NCBI GenBank assembly: GCA_963810745.1
Contig: CAWEOW010000025.1
Span: 649-64,648, forward strand
Source of the DNA: an uncultured Thermoleophilaceae bacterium
Lineage (GTDB): Bacteria > Actinomycetota > Thermoleophilia > Solirubrobacterales > Thermoleophilaceae
Length of the DNA stretch: 64,000 nt
Direction: 5' to 3'
Within the stretch, counting starts at the first letter, position 1. Each line of letters starts with the position of its first letter. The translations under genes and the position numbers were made by a program. The notes under the pieces are model-generated. The model did not search any database. It saw only the letters and a program-made list of their open reading frames with translations, and was not told the DNA's origin. Positions 39,221 through 47,347 of the stretch are shown here, one piece after another.

Positions 39221-40540
39221 ATGGAGAAAATCGTCGCTCTTTGCAAGCGACGCGGTTTCATCTTCCAGAGCTCCGAGATCTACGGCGGCATGGCCTCGGT
39301 CTACGACTACGGCCACTACGGGGTGCTGCTGAAGAACAACGTGAAGGGCGAGTGGTGGCGCGCGGTGCTCCAGGAGCGCGACGACATGGTCGCCCTCGAC
39401 GCCGCGATCCTCATGCACCCCCGCACCTGGGAGGCCAGCGGCCACCTGGAGGGCTTCACCGACCCGCTCGTCCAGTGCCTGGGGGAATGCAAGAAGCGCT
39501 GGCGTGAGGACCACCTCCCGCCGGGCACCACGACCTGCCCGGAGTGCGGCGGAGAGCTCACCGAGGCCCGGCAGTTCAACCTGATGTTCGAGACCCACGT
39601 GGGTCCCGTGCAGGACGACAGCTCCACCGTCTACCTGCGCCCGGAGACCGCCCAGGGCATCTTCGTCAACTTCAAGAACGTCCTGCAGTTCGCGCGAAAG
39701 AAGCCGCCGTTCGGGATCGCGCAGATCGGCAAGGCGTTCCGCAACGAGATCACCACCCAGAGCTTCATCTTCCGCACCTACGAGTTCGAGCAGATGGAGA
39801 TCGAGTACTTCGTGCCGCCCGCGGAGGCCGCCGACTGGCACCAGCGCTGGATGGACGATCGGATGCGCTGGTACACCGACCTCGGGATCCGGGCCGACCA
39901 CCTGCAGCTGCGCCCCCACGGCGCCGACGAGCTCTCCCACTACTCCAGCGCCACCAGCGACATCGAGTACCTGTTCCCGATGGGCTGGTCCGAGCTGGAG
40001 GGCATCGCCAACCGCGGCGACTTCGACCTCACCCAGCACGCGAAGTACAGCGGCGAGAAGATGGAGTACGTCGACCCCGGCACCGGCGACCGCTACGTCC
40101 CCCACGTGATCGAGCCCTCCGCCGGCGCCGACCGCGGCACGCTGGCCTTCATGGTCGACGCCTACGACGAGGAGGAGGTCGAGGGCCGCGAGCGCGTCGT
40201 CCTGCGCTTCCACCCCCGGCTCGCCCCGGTCAAGGCGGCGGTGCTGCCGCTGGTCAACAAGGACGGCCAGCCCGAGAAGGCGCGCGCGATCTACGAGGAG
40301 CTGCGCACCCGCATGACGGCCGAGTTCGACACCGGCGGCTCGATCGGCAAGCGCTACCGCCGCCAGGACGAGATCGGGACGCCCTGGGGCGTGACCGTCG
40401 ACCACCAGACGATGGAGGACGACACCGTCACCCTGCGCGACCGCGACTCGCTCGACCAGACCCGCATCGCCATCTCCGAGCTGACCGCCGAACTCGAGCG
40501 CCGCCTCCACGAACCCTGGAGCAGTCCGAAACTGACCTAA
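39221..40540 (+). CDS. glyQS: glycine--tRNA ligase (dimeric alpha2 type)
   Basis: ORF 39119..40540 trimmed to ATG 39221. MEKIVALCKRRGFIFQSSEIYGG...SVYDYGHYGVLLKNNVK..W......HPRTWEASGHLEGF.DP...C...K.RWR.D......LRPETAQGIFVNFKNV......PFGIAQIGKAFRNEIT...FIFRTYEFEQMEIEYF......IEPS.GADR. Confidence 0.93.
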   Translation: MEKIVALCKRRGFIFQSSEIYGGMASVYDYGHYGVLLKNNVKGEWWRAVLQERDDMVALDAAILMHPRTWEASGHLEGFTDPLVQCLGECKKRWREDHLPPGTTTCPECGGELTEARQFNLMFETHVGPVQDDSSTVYLRPETAQGIFVNFKNVLQFARKKPPFGIAQIGKAFRNEITTQSFIFRTYEFEQMEIEYFVPPAEAADWHQRWMDDRMRWYTDLGIRADHLQLRPHGADELSHYSSATSDIEYLFPMGWSELEGIANRGDFDLTQHAKYSGEKMEYVDPGTGDRYVPHVIEPSAGADRGTLAFMVDAYDEEEVEGRERVVLRFHPRLAPVKAAVLPLVNKDGQPEKARAIYEELRTRMTAEFDTGGSIGKRYRRQDEIGTPWGVTVDHQTMEDDTVTLRDRDSLDQTRIAISELTAELERRLHEPWSSPKLT

Positions 40541-40541
40541 A

Positions 40542-41392
40542 ATGGGTCACATGCAGCCGTTGTTCGAGCACCGGCTGGAGCTCGCGGGGTACAGAACTCG
40601 AGCGCTGGAGCTCGAGGGCGACGGCCCACCCCTGCTGCTGTTGCACGGCTGGGCCGACAGCGCCGACACCTGGCGCCTGCTGCTGGACCGCCTCGCCCGC
40701 GAGGGCCGCGCCGCCCTGGCGGTCGACATGCCCGGCTTCGGCGACCGCCGACAAGCTGGGCGAGGGACCGATCCTCGAGCAGCTCGACGCCTTCGTGGAC
40801 GCCGCGCTGGAGCACACCGGCGAGGACACCGTGGTGGTCGGCAACTCGCTCGGCGGCTGCGCCGGGCTGCGCGCGGCCGAGCGCCATCCGCTCGGTGGCG
40901 TGATGGCGGTGGCGCCCGGCCGGGCTGGACATGGCGCGCTGGTTCGTGCTCGTGCGGCGCGATCCGCTCATCCGCAACCTGCTCGCCTCGCCGCTGCCGG
41001 TGCCCAACGCGGTCACGCGGCGCGTGGTGGCCGGCGTCTACAGCCGGCTGGCGTTCCACCGCCCCTCCAAGGTCGACCCGCGCGTGGCCCAGACCTTCGC
41101 CGGCCACCTGGAGAGCCGCGCCACGGCCGCGCGCGTGGTGCGCAGCGCCCGGCGCCTGCTGCCCGAGCTCGACGACTGCTTCGAGTTCGACCGCATCCGC
41201 AGCCCCGTCCTGCTCGTGTGGGGCCGCCAGGACCTGCTCGTCTTCCAGTCGGGGGCGGAGCGCGTGCTGGACGCCGTGCCCGGCGCGCGGCTGGAGGTCA
41301 TCGACGAATGCGGCCACTGCCCCCAGCTCGAGCGCCCCGAGCGCCTCGGCGACCTGCTCCTAGAGTTCTCGCGATCGCCGGCCTCTCTCTAG
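40542..41392 (+). CDS. alpha/beta-fold hydrolase, two frame breaks (near 40745 and 40920)
   Basis: ORF 40542..41363 start (MGHMQPLFEHRLELAGYRTRALELEGDGPPLLLLHGWADSADTWRLLLDRLAREGRAALAVDMPGFG). The middle lies in the frame of ORF 39544..42501 (ADKLGEGPILEQLDAFVDAALEHTGEDTVVVGNSLGGCAGLRAAE). The end is in ORF 40931..41392 (...VLLVWGRQDLLV...VIDECGHCPQLERPE). Nucleophile elbow is GNSLGG. Confidence 0.8.
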
Positions 41393-41427
41393 ACACCCTC
41401 GTCGACTCGGCGGCCAACGGCTACGAC

Positions 41428-42501
41428 ATGTTGGTCGGGGGCGGCCTGGCCGAGACCTCCCCGACCCCGAAGTCGATCATCGACGAGGGGCCGCAGCGGA
41501 CGGTCTACCGCTACCGCCCTGCCCGCGGCGGGCCGCGCCGGCGCTCGCCGGTCCTGCTGGTGCCGCCGCTGGCCGCCCCCGCCAGCTGCTTCGACCTGCG
41601 CCGCGGCTGCAGCCTCGCCGAGCACCTGGTGCAGCGCGGCCACCCCACCTACCTGGTCGACTACGGGCCCATCTCCTTCTCCGACCGCGCGCTCGGCCTC
41701 GAGCACTGGGTCGACGAGGTGATCCCGAAGGCGGTGGAGGCCGCCTCGGAGGACGCCGGCGGCGCACCGGTCCAGCCGGTGGGCTGGTGCCTCGGCGGCA
41801 TCATGACCCTGCTGGCGGTGGCCGGGGACCAGAAGCTGCCGGTCTCCTCGGTGGCGATGGTGGCCAGCCCCTTCGACTTCGCCGAGGTGCGGATGTTCGC
41901 GCCGATCCGGCGGCTGTCGCAGCTGACCGGCGGCGCGCTGGTGTCGGCCCTCTACCGCGGCCTGGGCGGGGCGCCCGCGCCGCTGGTCTCGCTGGGCTTC
42001 CGGCTCACCGCCTTCGACCGCTACCTCACCAAGCCGCTGTTCCTGGCCCAGCACCTCAGCGACCGCGACACGCTGGCGCACTCGGAGGCCGTCGACAACT
42101 ACATGGCCCACATGCTCGCCTACCCGGGGCGCACCTTCGGCCAGCTCTACCACGCCTTCTTCCGCGTCAACGAGCTGGCCGGCGGCAAGGTCCTGCTCTC
42201 CGACGAGGAGATCGACCTCGACGCGGTGCGCCAGCCCGTGCTCAGCGTGGCCGGGGGCGCCGACGTGCTCGCCCCCCGCGCCGCCGTTCGCCACGTGGCC
42301 GAGCTGCTGCCCAACGCCGAGGAGGTCCGCCTGCGCGACGCGCCCGGCGGGCACCTGGGCGTGCTCACCGGGCGCTCGGCCCGCAACACCACCTGGCCCG
42401 AGATCGACGACTTCCTGGCCGCGAACGACCCCGTCGAGCTCGAGCCCAGGCGCAAGCGGCGCTCAGCCCGTGCGAAGCGGGTAGCCGCGCAGCCGGCCTA
42501 G
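41428..42501 (+). CDS. alpha/beta-fold hydrolase (PHA-synthase-like lipase-box protein)
   Basis: The last 357 codons of ORF 39544..42501 from the first in-frame ATG. ...RSPVLLVPPLAAPASCFDL...LVQRGHPTYLVDYG...VGWCLGGIMTL (GxCxG box)...VLSVAGGADVLAP...APGGHLGVLTG. The true start may be upstream, where no canonical codon is available. Confidence 0.7.
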   Translation: MLVGGGLAETSPTPKSIIDEGPQRTVYRYRPARGGPRRRSPVLLVPPLAAPASCFDLRRGCSLAEHLVQRGHPTYLVDYGPISFSDRALGLEHWVDEVIPKAVEAASEDAGGAPVQPVGWCLGGIMTLLAVAGDQKLPVSSVAMVASPFDFAEVRMFAPIRRLSQLTGGALVSALYRGLGGAPAPLVSLGFRLTAFDRYLTKPLFLAQHLSDRDTLAHSEAVDNYMAHMLAYPGRTFGQLYHAFFRVNELAGGKVLLSDEEIDLDAVRQPVLSVAGGADVLAPRAAVRHVAELLPNAEEVRLRDAPGGHLGVLTGRSARNTTWPEIDDFLAANDPVELEPRRKRRSARAKRVAAQPA

Positions 42502-42917
42502 CAGCGCCAGCGCTCCGACCACAGGCCGGGGAGCTTCATCCGGAAGACGTCGGAGTACTCGCGCAGGACCCGGCCGGCGCCGAGTGGGGTCATCGTTCCG
42601 CCCTTCGCGCTCTTGCGGTAACGACGCGATGCGTCGACCGCGGCGAAGAACTCGGCGGTCCGCAGCGCCGGGCGCACCTGCCAGCTGGCCTTCGTGTGCT
42701 CGGTTGCCCACATGCTGTGCGGGGTGCCGCGGGGGATCTCGAGCGTGTCGCCGGCTCGGAGCGTTCGCGTCTCGTCACCGACCCGGACCTGGAGCTCGCC
42801 CTCGGTGACCTCGAAGCGCTCGTCCTGACCGGGGTGGAAGTGGACGGGCGGCTTGGAGGACTCGGGCTGCCACTCGGCTTGACCTCGAGCAGCTCGGGGG
42901 TGTGCGCGCACGGTCAC
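42498..42917 (-). CDS. cupin-domain protein; N-terminal codons up to ATG 42960 disrupted by frame break(s)
   Basis: AEWQPESSKPPVHFHPGQDERFEVTEGELQVRVGDETRTLRAGDTLEIPRGTPHSMW (cupin motifs). Upstream, another frame reads YHETTYSLHDGEP and a third carries the ATG at 42958-42960. This suggests the real N-terminus is M.YHETTYSLHDGEPVTVRAH... Confidence 0.7.
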   Translation of the reverse strand: MTVRAHPRAARGQAEWQPESSKPPVHFHPGQDERFEVTEGELQVRVGDETRTLRAGDTLEIPRGTPHSMWATEHTKASWQVRPALRTAEFFAAVDASRRYRKSAKGGTMTPLGAGRVLREYSDVFRMKLPGLWSERWRC

Positions 42918-42975
42918 GGCTCGCCGTCGTGCAGGGAGTAGGTCGTCTCGTGGTATTCATCTTGAAGCAAGATAC

Positions 42976-42995
42976 TTGACAAAGATACTTGTCAA
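42976..42995. promoter_or_regulatory. perfect inverted repeat TTGACAA-N6-TTGTCAA (plus direct repeat AAGATACTTG x2) in the cupin/MarR divergent promoter; candidate MarR operator
   Basis: Plus strand 42968-42995 is CAAGATACTTGACAAAGATACTTGTCAA. The region is AT-rich compared with its surroundings and lies 16 nt upstream of the MarR GTG. Confidence 0.55.
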
Positions 42996-43010
42996 CGAGC
43001 TACCTCGGGC

Positions 43011-43511
43011 GTGGATCAGATCGACGGGCTCGTCGGGCAGTGGGAGGGGGAGCGCCCGACCTCGACCTGCGCGCGATGGCGACCATCGGCCGCCTGCTCG
43101 CGCTGAGCCGCCACCTGGACGCGGCGCTGGGCGAGCTCGCGGCGGAGTACGGCATCCAGCCCGCCGACGCGGACATCCTCTTCACGCTGCGCCGCTCTGG
43201 ACCCGCCCTACCGGCTGACGCCGTCGGCGCTCAGCGACTCGCTGCTGGTCAGCTCGGGCACGATGACCAGCCGCCTCGACCGGCTCGAGAAGGGCGGGCT
43301 GATCGAGCGGGTCCCCCACGCCAGCGACCGCCGCAGCATGGAGGTGGCCCTGACCGACAGGGCGCGCGAGCTGGTCGACGAGGCGGTGACGCGCCACGTG
43401 GACAACGAGGTCCGCATCCTGGCCGAGCTGAGCGACCGCGACGTCGACGAGCTCAACCGCATCACCAGCGGGCTGCTCGAGCGCGTGGCCTCGGGCGCCT
43501 GGCGCGACTAG
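43011..43511 (+). CDS. MarR-family transcriptional regulator, two frame breaks (near 43050 and 43200)
   Basis: GTG 43011: VDQIDGLVGQWEGERP. Next comes the ORF 42989 frame (DLDLRAMATIGRLLALSRHLDAALGELAAEYGIQPADADILFTLRRSGP). Then the ORF 43263..43511 frame (PYRLTPSALSDSLLVSSGTMTSRLDRLEKGGLIERVPHASDRRSMEVALTDRARELVDEA...). Confidence 0.85.
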
Positions 43512-43906
43512 AGGGTCGCGAGCTCGGCCGCGATCTTGGGGTCGGCCCCCGCAGCCTGAGCGTCGAGCCAGCGCCAGCGGGCGCCGTCGAGCATCTCGGT
43601 CCGGCCGTCGGCCAGGTGGTCCTGGACGGACTCCACCTTCAGGCCCACCCCCACCACGGGCGCCGACTCCAGCGGCTCGCGCAGGACCTCCGCCGCCCCG
43701 TACGCGGTGAACGCCAGCTCGGTCCCGAGCAGGCACAGCGCGACCTGTGGGTCGGAGCGCAGGCGCTCGAGCGTGTCGCGCCCGCGGCCCAGCGCGAAGG
43801 CCAGCCGGTCGTCGCCCAGCCGCACGGCGGTCGAGACCGGGATCACGTGCGGGCCGGCCACGCTCAGCACGGCCGGGGTGCCCTGCCGCCAGACGGGAAG
43901 CGTCAG
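43508..43906 (-). CDS. hypothetical protein, possibly pyridoxamine-5'-phosphate-oxidase-like split-barrel; start uncertain (CTG 43906, GTG 43870 or ATG 43975)
   Basis: ORF 43508..43975: ...LTLPVWRQGTPAVLSVAGPHVIPVSTAVRLGDDRLAFALGRGRDTLERLRSDPQVALCLLGTELAFTAYGAAEV... The CTG at 43906 overlaps the MMPL stop (CTGA). The ATG at 43975 would overlap MMPL by 73 nt. Confidence 0.45.
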   Translation of the reverse strand: MTLPVWRQGTPAVLSVAGPHVIPVSTAVRLGDDRLAFALGRGRDTLERLRSDPQVALCLLGTELAFTAYGAAEVLREPLESAPVVGVGLKVESVQDHLADGRTEMLDGARWRWLDAQAAGADPKIAAELATL

Positions 43907-46069
43907 GCGGCCGACCCCTCGAAGTCCGCGCGGGGAAGTATCCGCGCCAGCGGCTTGGGCACCCACCAGTTCCACTTGCCCATGAGCTCCATGGTGGCGG
44001 GTACGAGCACCAGGCGCACCAGGGTCGCGTCGAGGGCGATGGCCACGGCCAGGCCCAGGCCGATCTCCTTGATCGAGGGCACGCCGGTGCCGGCGAAGAC
44101 CGCGAACACCGCGACCATGATCAGGGCGGCGCTCGAGATGGTGGCCGCGCTGGCCCGCAGGCCCTGCGCCACGGCCAGCTTGTTGTCACCGGTGGCCTGG
44201 TAGCGCTCGCGGATGCGTGTGAGCAGGAAGACCTCGTAGTCCATCGAGAGCCCGAACACGATCGCCAGCAGGAAGGGCGGCGTGATCGTGTTGATGTAGC
44301 CCAGCGACTCGAACCCGAGGAAGCCGTCGATCCAGCCGTACTGGAAGATCGCCACGAGAATCCCGTAGGCGGCGCCGACCGAGAGCAGGTTCATCACCAC
44401 CGCCTTCAGCGGCAGCAGCACCGAGCGCAGGAGCAGGAACAGCACGAGGTAGGAGAACAGCAGGACGAACAGGACGATCTTCCACATCGAGCCCGAGACG
44501 AGGTCCTTGAAGTCCTCGACGCTGGCCGTCGCCCCGCCCACCTCGACGTCCAAGCCGGAGGACCTCAGGCGGTCGACCAGGGCGCGAGCCTGCGGGCTCT
44601 CGGGGTCGTGCTTCGGCGCGGCGGAGAACAGGACCGAGCGGCCGTTCTTCGGACACGACCGGGCCGGTCACCCGGGCGACCTCGCGGTCCTCGCGGAGCT
44701 TCTGCGCTCACGGCGCGCGCCTCGGCGCGCTCGGCGATCACCTGCGTGGGGCCGGCGGAGCCCGGGCCCAGCTCCTTGGCGGCCAGCTCGGCCCCCACCC
44801 GGGTCTCGTTGTCCTTGGGGAACTGGCGCAGGGCGCCGTCGCCGAACTCGAGCGAAAGCGCCGGGATGGCCAGCACGAGGAGGACCGCGGCGCTGATGGC
44901 CGCCGCCAGCGCCCGGGCGACGGGTGACGCGGTCGGTCCAGCGGGTCCAGAAGTCGGGCTTGACCTCGCGCGTGGAGCCGGGCCGGCGCCGGCGCCAGCG
45001 CAGCGAGCGGAACAGCAGCCCGGTGACCGTCGCGATTCGCCCGCGCGCGTACGCGCGGGTGCCCAGCAGCCGGATGAGCACCGGCAGCAGCGTCACCGCG
45101 GCGAGGATCGAGACCGCCACGACGATGATGGCGCCCATCGCCATCGAGCGGATCGTCGTGGAGTCCACGAGGAACAGCCCGGCCAGCGAGACCATGACCG
45201 TGACCCCGGAGAACGCCACGGCCAGGCCCGACGTGCGCATGGCGATCGCCCGCGCCTGCTGCGGCTCGCGGCCGGCGCGCATCTCTTCGCGGTAGCGCGC
45301 GAGGATGAACAGCGAATAGTCCACCGCCACCCCGATGCCGATCATCGAGGCGACGTTGGTCACGAAGACCGACATGTCGGTGGCCTGGGACAGGAAGAAG
45401 ATCCCCGCGCCGGTGATGCTCACGCTGGCGAAGCCCAGGGCGAGCGGCAGCGCCGCGGCGGCCAGGGAGCCGAACACCGCGAGCAGGATCAGGAGGACGA
45501 TCGGGAAGCCCGGTCTTCTCGGCCGACTCGAGGTCCTCCTTGCTGAGGTCCTGCATGCCGGCCCACAGCGCCTGCTGGCCGACGAGGTAGGTCTGCACGC
45601 CGTCGCGCGGGCCGGCTCGGCCGCGCCGACCTCCTCGCGCATGTCGACCGCCAGGTCCGACAGCTCATCCTGCGAGCCGCGCACGTCCAGCGGGACCACG
45701 ACGATCGAGCTCTTGCCCACCTCGCGCTTGGCCTGCGCGGCGACGGCGGGGCTGAGCCGCGCGTGCTCCAGGCGGTCGGCGACGCGGCCGACCCGGTCGA
45801 CGGCGGCAGCGCACATCGGCCTCGCTCGAGCCCGGCTTGCGGGCGAGCACCACGGCGAGCGAGTCGCGCTGGGCGCGGTCGAACTGGCCGAGCGAGCGGT
45901 CCACGGCCTCCGAGCCCGACCCGGGCACGACGAAGCCGCCACTGGTCAGGTGCTCGGTCTGGCGCGCGGCGAAGGGGGCCGAGGCGAGCAGCACGACGAC
46001 CCAGACGCCCACGACCAGCCAGCGCCTGCGCTCGAGGAAACTGCCGAGCCTCTCCATCGCTCCCTGCAT
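43903..46069 (-). pseudogene. MMPL-family RND-type membrane transporter, reading frame broken about six times
   Basis: Sensible segments hop between all three minus frames. In order: 45665..46069 (MQGAMERLGSFLERRRWLVVGVWVVVLLASAPFAARQTEHLTSGGF...); 44668..45942 (AAVDRVGRVADRL...); 44738..45598 (VQTYLVGQQALWAGMQDLSKEDLESAEKTG); 44668 frame again (FPIVLLILLAVFGSLAAAALPLALGF...SMIGIGVAVDYSLFILARYREE...); 44565..44876 (ALSLEFGDGALRQFPKDNETRVGAELAAKELG...); 44186..44671 (VTGPVVS); 43903..44553 (...AIVFGLSMDYEVFLLTRIRE...VPATMELMGKWNWWVP). Confidence 0.85.
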
Positions 46070-46147
46070 CGATCTACTCCTGCATCCTTGGCTGGCCGGA
46101 CAGCCAGGAATGAGATCCCTAACCGGGCCGCCCTTCTGTGACCTTGG

Positions 46148-46756
46148 TCACTCCGCCAGCAGGCGGCGGACGCTGCGCGCCCCGAGCTCCAGCGCCGCGC
46201 TGGAGTCCCACTCGGGATCGGAGAGCAGCTGCATCCCGATCCCGTCGCCCAGCGCGAAGATCACCGAGGCCACCGGCTCGGCGCCGGCGTCGAGCTTCAC
46301 CACGCCCTCCGCCTCCTTGGCCCGCAGCGCTTCGGCGAGGTGCGCCCGCCAGGTCCGGTAGAGCTCGGCCAGCTCCAGGCGGATCTCCTCCGAGTGCCGC
46401 GAGGCGCTGAGCATCTCGTAGACCACCGTGGGCGAGCGCGGGTCGTCCTCCAGGAACGCCTTCAGCTGCTCGACCAGGATCTCGACGATCTCGTCCGGCG
46501 AAGAGGCGCTCGCGAGGCTCGCGTCCAGCGCGGCCACCCGCTCGTCGCAGTCGTGGCGGACCACCTCGACGAGCAGGCGCTCCTTCGAGCCGAAGTAGTA
46601 GTGCAGCAGCCCGCGGGAGACGCCCGCCTCGCGCGCGACCTGGTCGAAGGTCGACCCGGCGGCTCCGCGCTCGGCCAGGCTGTTGCGCATCGCCTGCACG
46701 ATGCGGCGGGCCTTCTCGCCGTCCAGACGGCGTGGGGCTGCGACCGAGGCCTCCAC
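46148..46756 (-). CDS. TetR/AcrR-family transcriptional regulator (upstream of and co-oriented with the MMPL gene)
   Basis: HTH is TFDQVAREAGVSRGLLHYYFGSKERLL. The 202-aa ORF is clean with a GTG start. Confidence 0.9.
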   Translation of the reverse strand: MEASVAAPRRLDGEKARRIVQAMRNSLAERGAAGSTFDQVAREAGVSRGLLHYYFGSKERLLVEVVRHDCDERVAALDASLASASSPDEIVEILVEQLKAFLEDDPRSPTVVYEMLSASRHSEEIRLELAELYRTWRAHLAEALRAKEAEGVVKLDAGAEPVASVIFALGDGIGMQLLSDPEWDSSAALELGARSVRRLLAE

Positions 46757-46775
46757 GCAGACAACCCTAGAACTA

Positions 46776-46803
46776 AGAAGGGCGCCCCGCAGGGCGCCCT
46801 TCT
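46776..46803 (-). terminator. 11-bp perfect hairpin (AGAAGGGCGCC-N6-GGCGCCCTTCT) after the 46832 gene
   Basis: Plus strand is AGAAGGGCGCC CCGCAG GGCGCCCTTCT. On the minus strand it is followed by TAGTTCT. It lies 29 nt downstream of the upstream stop and 20 nt before the TetR start. Confidence 0.6.
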
Positions 46804-46831
46804 GAAGCTGCTTGCTCGCTCGGCGAGCCGG

Positions 46832-47302
46832 TCAGGAGGTCCCGACGGGCGCGCTGGGCGGGTTGCTGGTCTGAGGAGTGGTGGTCGAGGTGTACTCGAA
46901 CTCCTCCTCGGCGCCGAACAGCGTGTCCAGCACCTTCTTGCGCAGACCCTCGTTGAGGGCAACGGCGGCGATGCCGCCCACGACGAGCACCAGCAGGAGG
47001 CCCCCGCGGCGCTTGCCCTTCTTCTTCTTCTTGCCCCCGCGCAAGGCGTCGGCGGCTTCCTTCATCGCGCTCGCCGCTTCCTTGAGCTCCTTCTGGGTCT
47101 TCTTGTCATCCAGCACAGCCTGCGGACCCTTGCCATTGCTGATCCGGCTGTATGCCTTCTTGGAGGAGTCGAAGGCCGTACGCAGGTTCTCGCGCAGATC
47201 CTCGTCCTCGATCAGGCGCTGGACGTACTCGTTGTCCTTCACCGCCTTTCCTGCGGCGACGGCACCACCGCCTGCCTTCGCGGCCTTCTTCTTTGCTGCC
47301 AT
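46832..47302 (-). CDS. hypothetical Lys-rich protein with one C-terminal TM helix
   Basis: MAAKKKAAKAGGG...YVQRLIEDEDLRENLRTAFDSSKKAY...KKKKKGKRRGGLLLVLVVGGIAAVALNEGLRKK... Clean ORF with coding-type composition. Confidence 0.6.
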   Translation of the reverse strand: MAAKKKAAKAGGGAVAAGKAVKDNEYVQRLIEDEDLRENLRTAFDSSKKAYSRISNGKGPQAVLDDKKTQKELKEAASAMKEAADALRGGKKKKKGKRRGGLLLVLVVGGIAAVALNEGLRKKVLDTLFGAEEEFEYTSTTTPQTSNPPSAPVGTS

Positions 47303-47347
47303 TGCTCTCCTCGGAGTTTGCTTGCCGGCAAGCGCACCATACCCGGA

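Noticed and set aside
39544-42501. 985-aa plus-strand ORF that might be taken for a large multidomain protein.
   Set aside because: It is out-of-frame read-through across glyQS, then the middle segment of the frameshifted alpha/beta hydrolase, then the genuine 41428..42501 hydrolase. Only those parts make protein sense.
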